Shown one piece after another: positions 1 to 10,976 of a stretch of 64,000 nucleotides of DNA. The stretch spans positions 71,900-135,899 of the forward strand of contig CALKUP010000015.1 in NCBI GenBank assembly GCA_937996685.1, in the 5' to 3' direction. Made by a program: the position numbers and the translations under genes. Below the pieces are notes generated by a model. That model had not been told where the DNA came from. It saw only the letters and a program-made list of their open reading frames with translations, and did not search any database. The stretch comes from an uncultured bacterium. GTDB lineage: Bacteria > Patescibacteriota > Patescibacteriia > UBA9570 > XYC2-FULL-38-9. Positions within the stretch are counted from its first letter, which is position 1; every line of letters starts with the position of its first letter.

Positions 1-549
1 GAACTGCGTGATCGTTACCAAACAATCTACGCTTCCCTACCTGGCTCTGCCGCTGCGCCAACCGCTGGACTGCACTTCACCCCAGAACTCCTTGCGACAC
101 TCGAACAAATGGGCGTTGAGCGCGCTGAGGTGACGCTCCATGTTGGGCTCGGCACATTTTCACCGATCACAACAGACAACCTCGATGAACACGCAATGCA
201 TAGCGAGCGCATTGAGATTTCAGAGACAGCTGCAGAGCAAATCAACCGCGCAAAAGCAGACGGTCGGCGCGTCATCGCTGTTGGCACAACCTCTGTGCGC
301 GTGCTCGAAAGCCTCGCTGAAAACAGCCGTGTACAAGCAGGCAGCATGGACACACAGATCTTTATTCGCCCGGGATATCAATTTCAGATTATTGACGGAC
401 TCATCACAAACTTTCATTTACCTCATTCAACACTCTTGCTACTTGTTGCCGCCTTTGCCGGAACAGACACCATGCAACACGCCTACGACACTGCGATCAC
501 AGAAAAATACCGCTTCTATTCTTTTGGCGACGCCATGCTGATTGTATAA
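1..549 (+). CDS. queA: S-adenosylmethionine:tRNA ribosyltransferase-isomerase QueA, C-terminal part (5' end lies outside the window)
   Basis: ORF 109..549 translation ([11 protein letters not shown]...[10 protein letters not shown]) matches the conserved QueA C-terminus; the reading frame is open to position 1. Confidence 0.8.
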   Translation, partial: ELRDRYQTIYASLPGSAAAPTAGLHFTPELLATLEQMGVERAEVTLHVGLGTFSPITTDNLDEHAMHSERIEISETAAEQINRAKADGRRVIAVGTTSVRVLESLAENSRVQAGSMDTQIFIRPGYQFQIIDGLITNFHLPHSTLLLLVAAFAGTDTMQHAYDTAITEKYRFYSFGDAMLIV

Positions 550-612
550 TAAAAAAAAGAAGGTGTAAGTGATGTTTCAACGAGATCGCTGATTTGCAGG
601 TCAGAGTGCATC

Positions 613-639
613 AAAAAAACCGCGATTGCGGTTTTTTCT
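613..639. terminator. Bidirectional rho-independent terminator between queA and ntpD
   Basis: aaaaaaaccgcgattgcggttttttc: GC stem flanked by an A-run and a T-run. Confidence 0.6.
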
Positions 640-660
640 TTACAGGAAGCAGTAGAAATA

Positions 661-1278
661 CTACGCAACCTGTTCTTTGATTTTCATCAATGTGACTTTT
701 TCTTGACGAGCTGATTCTTCCAGTTTTGCTTGAATATATCGTACATCACGCTTCATGCCTGGAATAATAACGTATTCCAAACCATTCACACGACGACGTG
801 TTTTTTCAATTTCTTCTGCAAGACGACGCGCTGCATCTTCTAATTCAACCAGTCGAACGAGGTCTGGCATGAGCTCATTCAACGACACGAGTGATTCATC
901 CAAATCACGATTGGTATCAAGGACACCGTAGCAAAATGGATCGCCTTGAACGCTGGCTGTCATCTTTGAAATTCGAACGCCCATAATATTGGACTTTTCG
1001 GTTTTCAAAGACACAGTCGCTTTCGAATTTTTCGCAATTGCCGCCAGCAGAGCCGCTGATGTGCGGGCCTCTGCTAATGAAAATAATTGCTGCGCTTCGA
1101 TAATGCGTTCATCAACGAGTTTACGCAATTCCAAAGATTCTTTTACGATCTTCAAAAAGGCGCGAATCAAACCGTCTCGCTTGTCTTTTAAGAGCTTGTG
1201 CCCTTTTTCAGCGATCTTGAGCTTATTCTTGAGTTTCAAGAGCTCTTGTCGCGTTGGTTTGATTTGTGCGCTTGCCAT
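661..1278 (-). CDS. ntpD: V-type ATP synthase subunit D
   Basis: 205 aa coiled-coil protein with the typical NtpD/AtpD pattern (KLKNKLKIAEKGHKLLKDKRD...), last gene of the V-ATPase operon. Confidence 0.85.
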   Translation of the reverse strand: MASAQIKPTRQELLKLKNKLKIAEKGHKLLKDKRDGLIRAFLKIVKESLELRKLVDERIIEAQQLFSLAEARTSAALLAAIAKNSKATVSLKTEKSNIMGVRISKMTASVQGDPFCYGVLDTNRDLDESLVSLNELMPDLVRLVELEDAARRLAEEIEKTRRRVNGLEYVIIPGMKRDVRYIQAKLEESARQEKVTLMKIKEQVA

Positions 1279-1283
1279 AGAGA

Positions 1284-2678
1284 TTATTGGATACCTTTAC
1301 CGTATTTTTCAATATGCTCTACCTTCACTTTTTTGAGTTCCGCTTTTGGCAAAATCGCAAGTAATTCCCAAGCGATATTTAATGTATCAAGAATACTACG
1401 GTTTTCATTTTTGCCTTGTGTGACGTAGCGTTTTTCAAATTCATCAGAGAATTTCATGTACGCACGGTCAGTTGGAGACAATGCACTTTCACCCAAAATG
1501 AGCGCGAGTTCTTTAATTTCTTTACCCTTCGCGTATGAGCTAAAGAGCTGATCTTTCACACCAGAATAGTCTTCACGGATCTTTTCTTTATCAACTGGAA
1601 TACGAGACAATGAAGGCAAAATGTTCACTGATGGATAAATACCACTCTTATGTAATGGACGATCAATCATAATCTGACCTTCAGTAATATATCCAGTCAA
1701 ATCAGGAATTGGATGCGTTTTGTCATCATCAGGCATGGTGATAATTGGGATTTGAGTCAAAGACCCTTCAGACCCAATAACGCGACCGGCTCGTTCATAC
1801 AACATCGCGAGATCAGTGTAGAGGTATCCAGGATAGCCACGGCGTCCAGGAACTTCTTTACGAGACGCAGATACTTCACGAAGCGCATCAGCATAGTTGG
1901 TCATGTCAGTTAAGATCACGAGCACATGCATGTTCTTTTCAAACGCTAAGTATTCACCAAGTGTCAGAGCCATGCGAGGCAATGTAATACGTTCCACTAC
2001 TGGATCGTTCGCAACGTTGATGAGCAATGTTGCTCGTTCCATCGCACCAGTTCGTGAGAATTCGTTTTTAAAGAATTCTGCTTCTTCAAATGTTACACCC
2101 ATTGCCGCAAAGACAACGGCGAATTTTGAATCATCTTCGATTACCTTTTCACCATTCTCTACTTTTACCACACGAGCTTGGCGCGCGATTTGCGCAGCAA
2201 TTTCGTTATGTGGCAAACCAGAACCTGAGAAAATAGGCAGTTTTTGACCACGAGTCAGTGAGTTCAAACCATCGATTGTTGAAATACCAGTTTGAATGAA
2301 ATCATCTGGAAATTCACGACGCGCTGGGTTAATCGCTGAACCATTAATATCGAGATATGCTTCTGGAACGATTGCAGGACCACCATCTTTCGGGTTTCCG
2401 AAACCATCAAGCACGCGACCGAGCATTTGCTCAGACACACCCATTTGCAATGTTTCGCCCAAGAAGGCAACTTCTGCTTTGTCTGTATCAAGACCTTCAG
2501 TGGTTGTAAACAACTGTACAACAGCTGTATCACCTGATACTTCGAGAACGCGACCACGACGGATGCGACCTGAACCATCACGCACTTCAACCATTTCTTC
2601 GTAGGACACACCGCTCACTTTTTCCACGATCACGAGTGGTCCGGTAATTTCTTTAATTGTGTTATACCAAACTTTCAT
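1284..2678 (-). CDS. ntpB: V-type ATP synthase subunit B
   Basis: 464 aa; strong similarity to the regulatory B subunit ([11 protein letters not shown]..., [15 protein letters not shown]). Confidence 0.9.
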   Translation of the reverse strand: MKVWYNTIKEITGPLVIVEKVSGVSYEEMVEVRDGSGRIRRGRVLEVSGDTAVVQLFTTTEGLDTDKAEVAFLGETLQMGVSEQMLGRVLDGFGNPKDGGPAIVPEAYLDINGSAINPARREFPDDFIQTGISTIDGLNSLTRGQKLPIFSGSGLPHNEIAAQIARQARVVKVENGEKVIEDDSKFAVVFAAMGVTFEEAEFFKNEFSRTGAMERATLLINVANDPVVERITLPRMALTLGEYLAFEKNMHVLVILTDMTNYADALREVSASRKEVPGRRGYPGYLYTDLAMLYERAGRVIGSEGSLTQIPIITMPDDDKTHPIPDLTGYITEGQIMIDRPLHKSGIYPSVNILPSLSRIPVDKEKIREDYSGVKDQLFSSYAKGKEIKELALILGESALSPTDRAYMKFSDEFEKRYVTQGKNENRSILDTLNIAWELLAILPKAELKKVKVEHIEKYGKGIQ

Positions 2679-2692
2679 ATGTGTATTCCTGT

Positions 2693-4528
2693 CTAGTTAA
2701 TCGTATTATCATCAAATCCACCAACCATTTCAGAAATACCCATTTTGTCTGCACTCGCAGATGTATGGTCTTTGATGATTGTTGGTAAACTTTCAATCAG
2801 CGTTTTGATTTCGCCTTTTTGATCTTCTGGCAATTCTTTCAAACGCGCGATTTTATCACGAACTGGAACAGACAATACATCTTCTGCTTCAAGATCAGCG
2901 TTTGCTTCAACCGCTTTTACTGCTTCATGATGGAATGTCATCATCGCTTTCAACATCAAGTACATTTTTTCTGTTGACGTTGCTGCATCGACATCGTCAA
3001 ATGCATTTTGTTGCAAGAAATCTTCACGCAAACCTTTTGCAGTGTTCAATAAAATCTTTTCAGATTTTGAGAGAGCATCCATACCGACCAATTTGATAAT
3101 ATCTTCCAATTGGTTTTCTTTTTGCAAGATCAACATTGCTTCATCACGAAGCGCGCCCCAATCAGAACCAGCATGTTTTGCATAATAACTTTCAACGTCT
3201 TTTTCGTACAATGAGTAACTAGACAACCAGTTAATGGATGGGAAATGACGTTTACTTGCGAGTGACGCATCAAGACCCCAGAACGCTTTCACCACTTTCA
3301 AGGTTGCTTGAGTTACTGGCTCAGACAAGTCACCACCGGCTGGAGATACAGCGGCAATAACTGAGAGAGATCCACGACGACCTTCACTACCGAGACAATC
3401 AACGATACCAGCACGTTCATAAAAAGCTGAAATACGTGAACCAAGGTACGCAGGGTAGCCTTCTTCACCTGGCATTTCTTCTAAACGACCAGACATTTCA
3501 CGCATTGCTTCTGCCCAACGTGATGTTGAGTCAGCCATCATCGCAACATTGTATCCCATATCACGGAAGTATTCCGCCAATGTGATTCCAGTGTATACAG
3601 ACGCTTCACGCGCTGCAATCGGCATGTTTGATGTGTTCGCGATCAAAATAGTTCGTTCCATCAATGGCTTGCCAGTGTTTGGATCTTTCAAATGTGGGAA
3701 TTCACGCAATACATCAGTCATTTCGTTTCCACGTTCACCACAACCAACGTATACCACAACTTGTGCGTCAGAGTATTTCGCGAGTTGATGTTGAATCACT
3801 GTTTTACCAGCACCGAATGGTCCAGGCACTGCTGCTGCTCCACCTTTTGGAATTGGGAAAAACACGTCAACGACACGTTGCCCTGTGATCAATGGTTCTT
3901 GTGGCAACAGTTTTCGTTTTGTTGGGCGAGGCATACGCACTGGCCAACGATGCATCATTTGTACTGGAGTTCCAGCAACGGTTGCAACTGTTTCTTCAAC
4001 AGTAAATTCACCAGCTTTAATGTCTTCAACAACACCAGCAAGACCAACTGGTACCATGATTTTATGTTCAATCAATGATGTTTCTTGGACTGTTCCGAGA
4101 ACGTCTCCTGCTTCAACAGTGTCACCTTTTTTCACTACTGGAACAAAATTCCATTTTGCTGTTCGTGAAATTGATGGCACTTGAATACCACGTGGGATAT
4201 AACTTGCGTCCCCTTTCAATTCGGCAACTTTGTCTGCCACAACATCGAGTGGGCGTTGTACACCATCATAAATTGCTGTGAGCAGTCCGGGTCCAAGATC
4301 AAGAGACAGAGGCATACCAGTTGTTTCCACTGGTTCGCCGACTTTCATTCCGGTTGTTTCTTCGTACACTTGAATAGACGCTTCATCGCCATTCATTTCA
4401 ATCACTTCGCCCATGAGCTTTTCATGACCGACGCGAACCATGTCGTACATTTTGATATCAGGCACACCTTTGGCAATCACCAATGGTCCTGAGACTTTAA
4501 TAATTGTTCCTTGTAATTGTTCTGTCAT
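2693..4528 (-). CDS. ntpA: V-type ATP synthase catalytic subunit A
   Basis: 611 aa; Walker [10 protein letters not shown]; typical A-subunit N-terminal beta-barrel and non-homologous region. Confidence 0.9.
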   Translation of the reverse strand: MTEQLQGTIIKVSGPLVIAKGVPDIKMYDMVRVGHEKLMGEVIEMNGDEASIQVYEETTGMKVGEPVETTGMPLSLDLGPGLLTAIYDGVQRPLDVVADKVAELKGDASYIPRGIQVPSISRTAKWNFVPVVKKGDTVEAGDVLGTVQETSLIEHKIMVPVGLAGVVEDIKAGEFTVEETVATVAGTPVQMMHRWPVRMPRPTKRKLLPQEPLITGQRVVDVFFPIPKGGAAAVPGPFGAGKTVIQHQLAKYSDAQVVVYVGCGERGNEMTDVLREFPHLKDPNTGKPLMERTILIANTSNMPIAAREASVYTGITLAEYFRDMGYNVAMMADSTSRWAEAMREMSGRLEEMPGEEGYPAYLGSRISAFYERAGIVDCLGSEGRRGSLSVIAAVSPAGGDLSEPVTQATLKVVKAFWGLDASLASKRHFPSINWLSSYSLYEKDVESYYAKHAGSDWGALRDEAMLILQKENQLEDIIKLVGMDALSKSEKILLNTAKGLREDFLQQNAFDDVDAATSTEKMYLMLKAMMTFHHEAVKAVEANADLEAEDVLSVPVRDKIARLKELPEDQKGEIKTLIESLPTIIKDHTSASADKMGISEMVGGFDDNTIN

Positions 4529-4537
4529 ATTCGTGAA

Positions 4538-4870
4538 TTATTTTTCGCTCGTTAAGAAATTGAGTTTCATACCAACCGCTTTTTCAATCAGTTGTTCCAT
4601 TTGCGCTGTCGCAACTGCTTTTTGATCTCCGTGAATTGGAATTGTAATTGACGGGAGGCCAAGAGCTTGAAACTTTTTCAACTGTCGATCTGACAATTGA
4701 ATATCTGATGTTAAAAGCACCATGCCAATTCCTGCACGCTGCGCTTCGAGCATCTCGATAATGCCTGTCATGTCTTCCATATTGTCTACTTCATGGCAGA
4801 CAAAACCAAACATTCGAAGGCCGGTTGTTGTTCCTGTTTTTCCGATGGCGATGGCTGTTTGTTGTTTCAT
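4538..4870 (-). CDS. ntpF: V-type ATP synthase subunit F
   Basis: 110 aa; conserved position between subunits C and A; IAIGKTGTTTGLRMFG matches the F subunit. Confidence 0.7.
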   Translation of the reverse strand: MKQQTAIAIGKTGTTTGLRMFGFVCHEVDNMEDMTGIIEMLEAQRAGIGMVLLTSDIQLSDRQLKKFQALGLPSITIPIHGDQKAVATAQMEQLIEKAVGMKLNFLTSEK

Positions 4871-4882
4871 AAGAGTATTCTT

Positions 4883-5827
4883 TTACTGTGCGTTATACGC
4901 TACAAAACGTTTCGTGATTTCTTCTTCAGCAAGTCCCATCGCAACACCAGCGAATACGACTTTCATGTTTGAGATAAAAAATCGTAGTTGTTCAACGTAT
5001 TGAATGATACGAGCACCGCTCACACCTTCAAAGGTTGCTTTGTTGATTGTCGCCATTTCGCGATTGAACAATGCTGTTTCAATCGTTGTAACCGAAATCA
5101 TATCTGGACGCATGCCGAGTAGTAAACCGATTTCTGAAACGACGTCGCGGTATTCCAAATGTTCTAACGCGTATGTATCAGCAAGACCTTCAGTGACAAA
5201 CAATGATTCGATTAGTTCGCGACTTTTTCCAAGTTGCGCCATACGAAGTGTTGTCATGATGTTGTATTGCTCGATTTTTTCTTTCACAACACCGCGCAAA
5301 TACGCATCACTCTGCTTCGCAAGCCCTGCGAGTACGATTAAATATGTCCGGTCAATCAGACTGACAAATTCGAATGTATCATCAATATCATGAAGACTTG
5401 GCTCTAATTTTTTCAAGGCATCATCATACAAAGAAAACAATTTGAGTGAGCGAGCCCAATCTTGTTTCAGTGTAGTGTAAAAACTGCTTACTTCTCCAGA
5501 TCGAAACACCAAATATTTTTCTTTGATGAAACGAAACTCTTCAGCCAAAACAATGTATTGATATTCAATACTATCCTCTGGCAGTGATGTGACAATCGAA
5601 TCGATGATAGATCGATAATGCACATCCAATTGCTTATCAGATGCAATTGATCCTTCTGCTGTGCGGAATACAGAAGCAAGAAACGCTTCTGGGCTCTTAA
5701 ACAGAGAACCAGAATCTGCCGCTGTTTTCAACGCAGAAAACGGAGGGATCGCATACAAATCCTGTAAGAGAGAGGCTGCAATTGTAGAGATAGTATTAGC
5801 CATTTTTGCGAATATATTCTGAGACAA
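4883..5827 (-). CDS. ntpC: V-type ATP synthase subunit C (d)
   Basis: 314 aa helical protein in the conserved operon position; overlaps ntpE by about 30 nt (or starts at an internal Met). Confidence 0.7.
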   Translation of the reverse strand: MSQNIFAKMANTISTIAASLLQDLYAIPPFSALKTAADSGSLFKSPEAFLASVFRTAEGSIASDKQLDVHYRSIIDSIVTSLPEDSIEYQYIVLAEEFRFIKEKYLVFRSGEVSSFYTTLKQDWARSLKLFSLYDDALKKLEPSLHDIDDTFEFVSLIDRTYLIVLAGLAKQSDAYLRGVVKEKIEQYNIMTTLRMAQLGKSRELIESLFVTEGLADTYALEHLEYRDVVSEIGLLLGMRPDMISVTTIETALFNREMATINKATFEGVSGARIIQYVEQLRFFISNMKVVFAGVAMGLAEEEITKRFVAYNAQ

Positions 5828-6344
5828 ATGAAATCGTCATCTTTTTTACATCGGATACAAATTCTTCAACAGACCAATCAGCACGTGTTTCTCCTTGTGT
5901 ATACACGAGAGTTCCCTTGCTTGATCCGTCGCCCATTTCAACTGCTGTATGTCCGGCAGCTTTCACTGCGTCCGCAAGCAATTGAGCGTTTGCGCCACTG
6001 GCAGTAATCACTGTCGCAGCGTCAACGCCTTGTAAGAATTGAACAATTTGATTTTTAAAGGTTGTTGTTGTGAGCAATGTTGGCAAAGCTTGTTCATAAG
6101 CTTGCTCAATCACATTGGTGTCAGCGACAATATCAGCAAAATATGCATCTTGCTTCATTTGGTACGTTGAAAGAAATACTTTTTCTGCAATCACATCGTC
6201 AATCAATGTTTTTGCAAGTTTTTCTTTGTCCGCTTGTTCTTGGCGCTGTGCCAATAATCGAGATTCAGTTGATGCTTGCAACTCTTGTTCGAGTTGTTTG
6301 GCATCTTCTGTCATTCTCTGCTCAATTGTTGTGTAAAGAGTCAT
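5796..6344 (-). CDS. ntpE: V-type ATP synthase subunit E
   Basis: 182 aa; charged coiled-coil N-terminus (QLEQELQASTESRLLAQRQEQADKEK); operon position. Confidence 0.7.
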   Translation of the reverse strand: MTLYTTIEQRMTEDAKQLEQELQASTESRLLAQRQEQADKEKLAKTLIDDVIAEKVFLSTYQMKQDAYFADIVADTNVIEQAYEQALPTLLTTTTFKNQIVQFLQGVDAATVITASGANAQLLADAVKAAGHTAVEMGDGSSKGTLVYTQGETRADWSVEEFVSDVKKMTISFVSEYIRKNG

Positions 6345-6367
6345 GTGAATGAAAGTTGATCCAGTAA

Positions 6368-6841
6368 TTAGATTTTAACGCCGTTGATCATCAAGATAGT
6401 TACCAAGAGACCGAAAATCGCGAATGTTTCAACCATCGCAGCGAAAATGATTACTTGACCAGTACGTGATTTGTCTTTTGCAACAATTTGGATACCAGAA
6501 CTAATTGTGAAACCTTGGTACATACCAGACGCGAGACAAGTCAAACCTACTGGAAGACCAGCTGCAAGTAATACCAAACCTTGTTCGATGCTGACCGCTT
6601 TTGGCGCACCTGACAATAAACCAGTGTTTTGCAAGATCAAAATAGATGCAAGCATACCATAGACAGCTTGAGAACCTGGAAGCGCTGAGAACAACAGTAC
6701 ACTTCCGAATTGTGATTCATCTTCAGCAACGAGCCCAGCACCAGTACGACCGACACTTGCTACACCAATTGATGAACCGATACCAGCGAGACCAGCTGCG
6801 ATTGCAGCGCCGATGATTGCGAATACGATACCCATTTCCAT
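6368..6841 (-). CDS. ntpK: V-type ATP synthase proteolipid subunit K (c)
   Basis: 157 aa; two hairpin repeats of Gly/Ala-rich TM helices with a conserved acidic residue (GLVAEDESQ). Confidence 0.85.
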   Translation of the reverse strand: MEMGIVFAIIGAAIAAGLAGIGSSIGVASVGRTGAGLVAEDESQFGSVLLFSALPGSQAVYGMLASILILQNTGLLSGAPKAVSIEQGLVLLAAGLPVGLTCLASGMYQGFTISSGIQIVAKDKSRTGQVIIFAAMVETFAIFGLLVTILMINGVKI

Positions 6842-6870
6842 ATAGTAATTAGTTAATTGTTATTAATTAT

Positions 6871-8880
6871 TTATTGATTAGTAATACGAATATATTCTTC
6901 AGATGGAGACAGTGGTTGTAATTCTTGACCACCGCTTTCAAAGAATTTTCCGAAGAATTCCACAAAGTGCAGACGACCAACAGTAATGTATGAACCGAGT
7001 ACATTCAACGCGATGTTAAATGTATGACCGCCTAAGAATACAACGAGCATAATCAGGTACCCAATAACCATTTTACCACCACCTTGTGATGCAAGGCCAC
7101 CGCCAGCGAGTGTTGCAAGTGTATTGACCACCGAAGCGATAATACCAGTCGCAAGACCGAGGGCAACCAAACGAGTGTATGACAGTGTGTCTGAAATATA
7201 TCCGATGACTCCGAAGAACATATCGAATGCACCTTTCGCGAATTTCGCGAAGATGTTTCCAGCGTCACGTCCAACGATTGGCAACATGATGATGACATAA
7301 ATCACCAAGACATATTTCATGAATGACAGTCCTGCAAGGACAGTAACGATACTGAGCACCAAGAAGCCAAACCATGAACCAGACGCGAGTAATCCTTCAA
7401 CAAGTTCGCCACGTTTTTGTGATTGACGGAAACCAACAGCGAGACCGAGCAATAAATGCATCAAACCAAGCGCACCCATTGCAACCATCAATTCGATAAT
7501 TTTTTGGAGCGGGTTGATCAATTGCAAGTCTTGCAATAATGGCCATACACCAATATTGATCAAGAAACGTGTGTGCGGGAGGTATTTATCTGGGTTTGCG
7601 ATATCAATGTCCCATGGAGTGATACCAAACCATGAACCGTAGATTGTTCCAACAACGACTGTTGAAAGACCGGCCAAAAAGATGATTTGCATCAAATTTC
7701 GTGGACCTTCTTGCATGTTTCGAACAAACAAGAGTAATAGACCAGTAACGATCGCAATCACCACGCCGTATCCCGCTTCAGATAATGCGAGACCAAACAT
7801 GATTAAAAAGAAGAAACTCAAAATTGGAGTTGGATCAATTCCGTTCCCCATTGGAGTTCCCATCATGCGAGTCACCATTTCAAATGGTTTTACAAACCAG
7901 TTGTTTTTCATCACAACTTTATTTGGGTTGTCACCATCTGTCACAGATGTTGAAACGTCTGTGAGTTTTTCAAGTTCAGCAATTGTTGCATCAACTTTGT
8001 CTGGCGAAATATATCCACGAACGGTGTATCGATCACCCGCTGGTTTCAATGCGTGCCACGCAAAGATTGTTTTAATTTCAGAATGTAAGACGTCTTTTAA
8101 GACTGCGATTGATTCAATTTGATCAGCTTTTTCTTGCATGAAACCATCGATTTCAGCAATTGCTGCCTTCACTTCTTCTAATCGAGCTGTTGATTGATTG
8201 AATACATCATGAAATGAACCATTCACTGCTGTATCAACATTAATCAATGTCGCATTGTCCATTAAGTATGAAACCAATGCTTCACGATCTTCTTTTGCAA
8301 CGGCTGCAACTTGAACATAATCTTGTTCAATTTTATCAATCGCTTCAATCACAACGTCTGGAAAACGTTTTTTCACGTCTCCAAGAACTGCATCATTGCG
8401 ACTTTCATGCACAAAAAACGGCACAAAAGACACATAGTGGAAATCTCCGAAGATTTTTACATCTACTTCTCGGAGAGGACTCACTGTGTGGATGGTTTTT
8501 TCTAATACTTCTTTTTCATCACGCAAACGCAATTGTTCATCGTGTTTTGCGGTGATTTCTTCTGCCCATGCAAGTAATGTCTCTTTTTTTGCGACAGCGT
8601 CAACAAATTCCTCAGTTGAAATTTGAATACGGTTATCAGTCAAAAATGCGAGTGCACCTGGCTTGCCTGTGAGTGGAAGAAGTGAATCATATGCCTTGTT
8701 TGCAACTTCGATTTGGTGCATGAGCTCTGCTTCGAGGCCCACCAAATGCGCAGGCATTTGTGCGTTTTGTTGATCTTCAATCAACTCAACTGCCTGCAAC
8801 CGTTGCAACACAGCAAACACTTCCGACGGTGACTCCTTCGGAAGAGTGATTGTAATGTTTTTACATGCCAATACTGCCAT
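6871..8880 (-). CDS. ntpI: V-type ATP synthase subunit I (a)
   Basis: 669 aa; hydrophilic N-terminal half plus a polytopic C-terminal half; operon position. Confidence 0.8.
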   Translation of the reverse strand: MAVLACKNITITLPKESPSEVFAVLQRLQAVELIEDQQNAQMPAHLVGLEAELMHQIEVANKAYDSLLPLTGKPGALAFLTDNRIQISTEEFVDAVAKKETLLAWAEEITAKHDEQLRLRDEKEVLEKTIHTVSPLREVDVKIFGDFHYVSFVPFFVHESRNDAVLGDVKKRFPDVVIEAIDKIEQDYVQVAAVAKEDREALVSYLMDNATLINVDTAVNGSFHDVFNQSTARLEEVKAAIAEIDGFMQEKADQIESIAVLKDVLHSEIKTIFAWHALKPAGDRYTVRGYISPDKVDATIAELEKLTDVSTSVTDGDNPNKVVMKNNWFVKPFEMVTRMMGTPMGNGIDPTPILSFFFLIMFGLALSEAGYGVVIAIVTGLLLLFVRNMQEGPRNLMQIIFLAGLSTVVVGTIYGSWFGITPWDIDIANPDKYLPHTRFLINIGVWPLLQDLQLINPLQKIIELMVAMGALGLMHLLLGLAVGFRQSQKRGELVEGLLASGSWFGFLVLSIVTVLAGLSFMKYVLVIYVIIMLPIVGRDAGNIFAKFAKGAFDMFFGVIGYISDTLSYTRLVALGLATGIIASVVNTLATLAGGGLASQGGGKMVIGYLIMLVVFLGGHTFNIALNVLGSYITVGRLHFVEFFGKFFESGGQELQPLSPSEEYIRITNQ

Positions 8881-8890
8881 ACAGTGTGAA

Positions 8891-9175
8891 TTAGTTAATA
8901 TGTTCTAAAATGACCTTTTGGATATCAGCAGCTGAAAGTGATTTCTTGGCCGCTGCATCTTCTTTTTGCAATTGTTCTGTAATTGCACTTTGTTCTTTGC
9001 TGACCGCTGCTTCGACAACAGTGTCTTTGTCTTGCAAACGTTTTTCGAGCTCCTTCATGGCTGACGCGTGTTCAGCTTCTGATTTCTGCTCTTTTTGAGC
9101 CATTTCTGCTTTCAGATCCGACACCGCTTTCGCGTGGCGCTCTTCAAGCTCAATGAGTTCAACAATTTTTTGCAT
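8891..9175 (-). CDS. V-type ATP synthase subunit G/H (peripheral stalk), first gene of the operon
   Basis: 94 aa highly charged coiled-coil protein immediately upstream of ntpI. Confidence 0.5.
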   Translation of the reverse strand: MQKIVELIELEERHAKAVSDLKAEMAQKEQKSEAEHASAMKELEKRLQDKDTVVEAAVSKEQSAITEQLQKEDAAAKKSLSAADIQKVILEHIN

Positions 9176-9624
9176 GGTGAATTCAGTTAATTATATATAA
9201 ATAGTCGTCTTACAAACTACTTGTGTCATATCATATATGATTTTTCACGGAAAGTCAATAAAAACAGGCACAAAATACGGTTTTGCGACCCATCTTGTCT
9301 TGAAAAAGACAGTAATAATGACCTTTTTACAACTCGATCCTCCCACAGTCTGATGTTCGAGTTATCTATGGGGACCAAAGAACAATAGATTTGTTCACTC
9401 GTCTCCGTATATACTCGATAGGATCTGGTTGCCGTAAAAACAATCTGATATGAAATGAGCAAAAAGGAAATCCTTTTACGGAGCAACCGTACAACATGAC
9501 ATGGCTTTTGTCAATCCCTCATTATTCAGAATATCGAAGATTCTGCGCAATGAAGATTGCAGCATGCATTTCGAGGTGAAACACATGCTGTTGCGGCTCT
9601 ATTGCCGCTATCGTGACGAGTTGA

Positions 9625-10710
9625 TCAGTGCGGCAGAGTCGTCTGGAAGGCCCCTGAAACCGTCACAACGCCGGACACGCCCCAGAAGGGCTGGTTCCCG
9701 GTCACAACGCCTCCGGTGCCTTCGACGCCGAACTGGACACCCTCCCACGGCTCAGCCGTGAGGTTTGCCGTTCCGGCCACGCGGTAGAGGTTCGTCGAGT
9801 CACCGGCTGCATCAAGCAGCGTCGGGACGCTGTTGGCGCCGACGAGCTGCTCGCCGCAACCATCAACGCGCAGGGCGCCAGAGAACTTCTTGAAGCCTCG
9901 GACAGGCCCACCCACTCGCGCAGCCAGGAAGCCGCATTCAGTTGCGGACTGTCCGGGGTTGTAGCCGGCGTTCCCCTGCCAACGCAGAGTTGTCGTTGTT
10001 GACACGTACACTTCTCCGGCCGTGTCGGCATCGTAATGCCCGAGAGTTGGGGCAGCCGTCACATGCGCGGCGACCGAGCCCCAGTCACGGGCAATGCGGA
10101 CACCGCCGTACACCGTCGGCTGCTGCTCAGGCGGCTTCAACCGAACCACTCCGTCCCAAGTGCTGGAATACCCCAGAACGAAGGCGTTGCCGGAGCTGTG
10201 CGCGGCGACAAATTCGGCGCCGAAGTTCCAGTACGACCACTCATACGTCGGAGTGGCGTGCATCACGAACCATTGCTGGCTCACGCTGCCCGGCAGAACT
10301 GGCTCGAAGCCGCGCTGGTTGGCAAAGAGGCCGCCTTGAAGGCTGAGCGTCCAAGAGCGAACCGTACCGCCCAACGTCGAGTTGAGCGTCTGGAGCACCG
10401 GCATGCCGTTGGTGGTCTGCCCGAGCCCGCCGAACATGGCGCTCGAATCCACGACGGCGAAGAAGCTGCCATGCTCGACCTTGAGACCGAACTGCGCCCC
10501 TGCTTGCTGCGGACTGAAGTGCCAGGTCTGCGCGGTCGGAACAGCGACGTTCTGCAACGCCGTGGCATCCGAATTTGCCGGCTGAATGACACCCACAATC
10601 CCCTGTCCAACGCCCGCAAGCGTCAGAGTAACGGTCGTCGGTGCCGCATCCTCCGCAGACGCGGTGATGGACAGCGCGGAGAGAGCGAGCGCGATGATGG
10701 AAACGAACAT
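9625..10710 (-). CDS. Secreted hypothetical protein (signal peptide, Gly/Thr/Val-rich); GC-rich gene
   Basis: 361 aa; N-terminal signal-like MFVSIIALALSALSITASA; about 62% GC versus about 40% in the flanks. Confidence 0.5.
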   Translation of the reverse strand: MFVSIIALALSALSITASAEDAAPTTVTLTLAGVGQGIVGVIQPANSDATALQNVAVPTAQTWHFSPQQAGAQFGLKVEHGSFFAVVDSSAMFGGLGQTTNGMPVLQTLNSTLGGTVRSWTLSLQGGLFANQRGFEPVLPGSVSQQWFVMHATPTYEWSYWNFGAEFVAAHSSGNAFVLGYSSTWDGVVRLKPPEQQPTVYGGVRIARDWGSVAAHVTAAPTLGHYDADTAGEVYVSTTTTLRWQGNAGYNPGQSATECGFLAARVGGPVRGFKKFSGALRVDGCGEQLVGANSVPTLLDAAGDSTNLYRVAGTANLTAEPWEGVQFGVEGTGGVVTGNQPFWGVSGVVTVSGAFQTTLPH

Positions 10711-10976
10711 TGAATGCTCCTGCTGAAGTCATGGTGCCGAAAGTGACACACATTACTGCTTCATGTAGCGAATATTCCTTATCACACTTTTTTGCAGAAC
10801 AAAATACCGATACGGTAGATTTGTGTGGAAAAACAATTTTTACTTTCTATAATAGATATACAATATTATAGACAATAGAAATTGTGTGAGCCCGAGGAAC
10901 AATCATGCTGTGTGATGTCGCGGTACGCGAAGCATCGTGATGATTATTCAAAAGACTCACAAGTGAGCTTCTGTTC

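Noticed and set aside
9226-9486. 86-aa ORF between the V-ATPase operon and the GC-rich secreted-protein gene
   Set aside because: It lies in an AT-rich intergenic region and has low-complexity, atypical composition. This is more likely the promoter region of the ntp operon.
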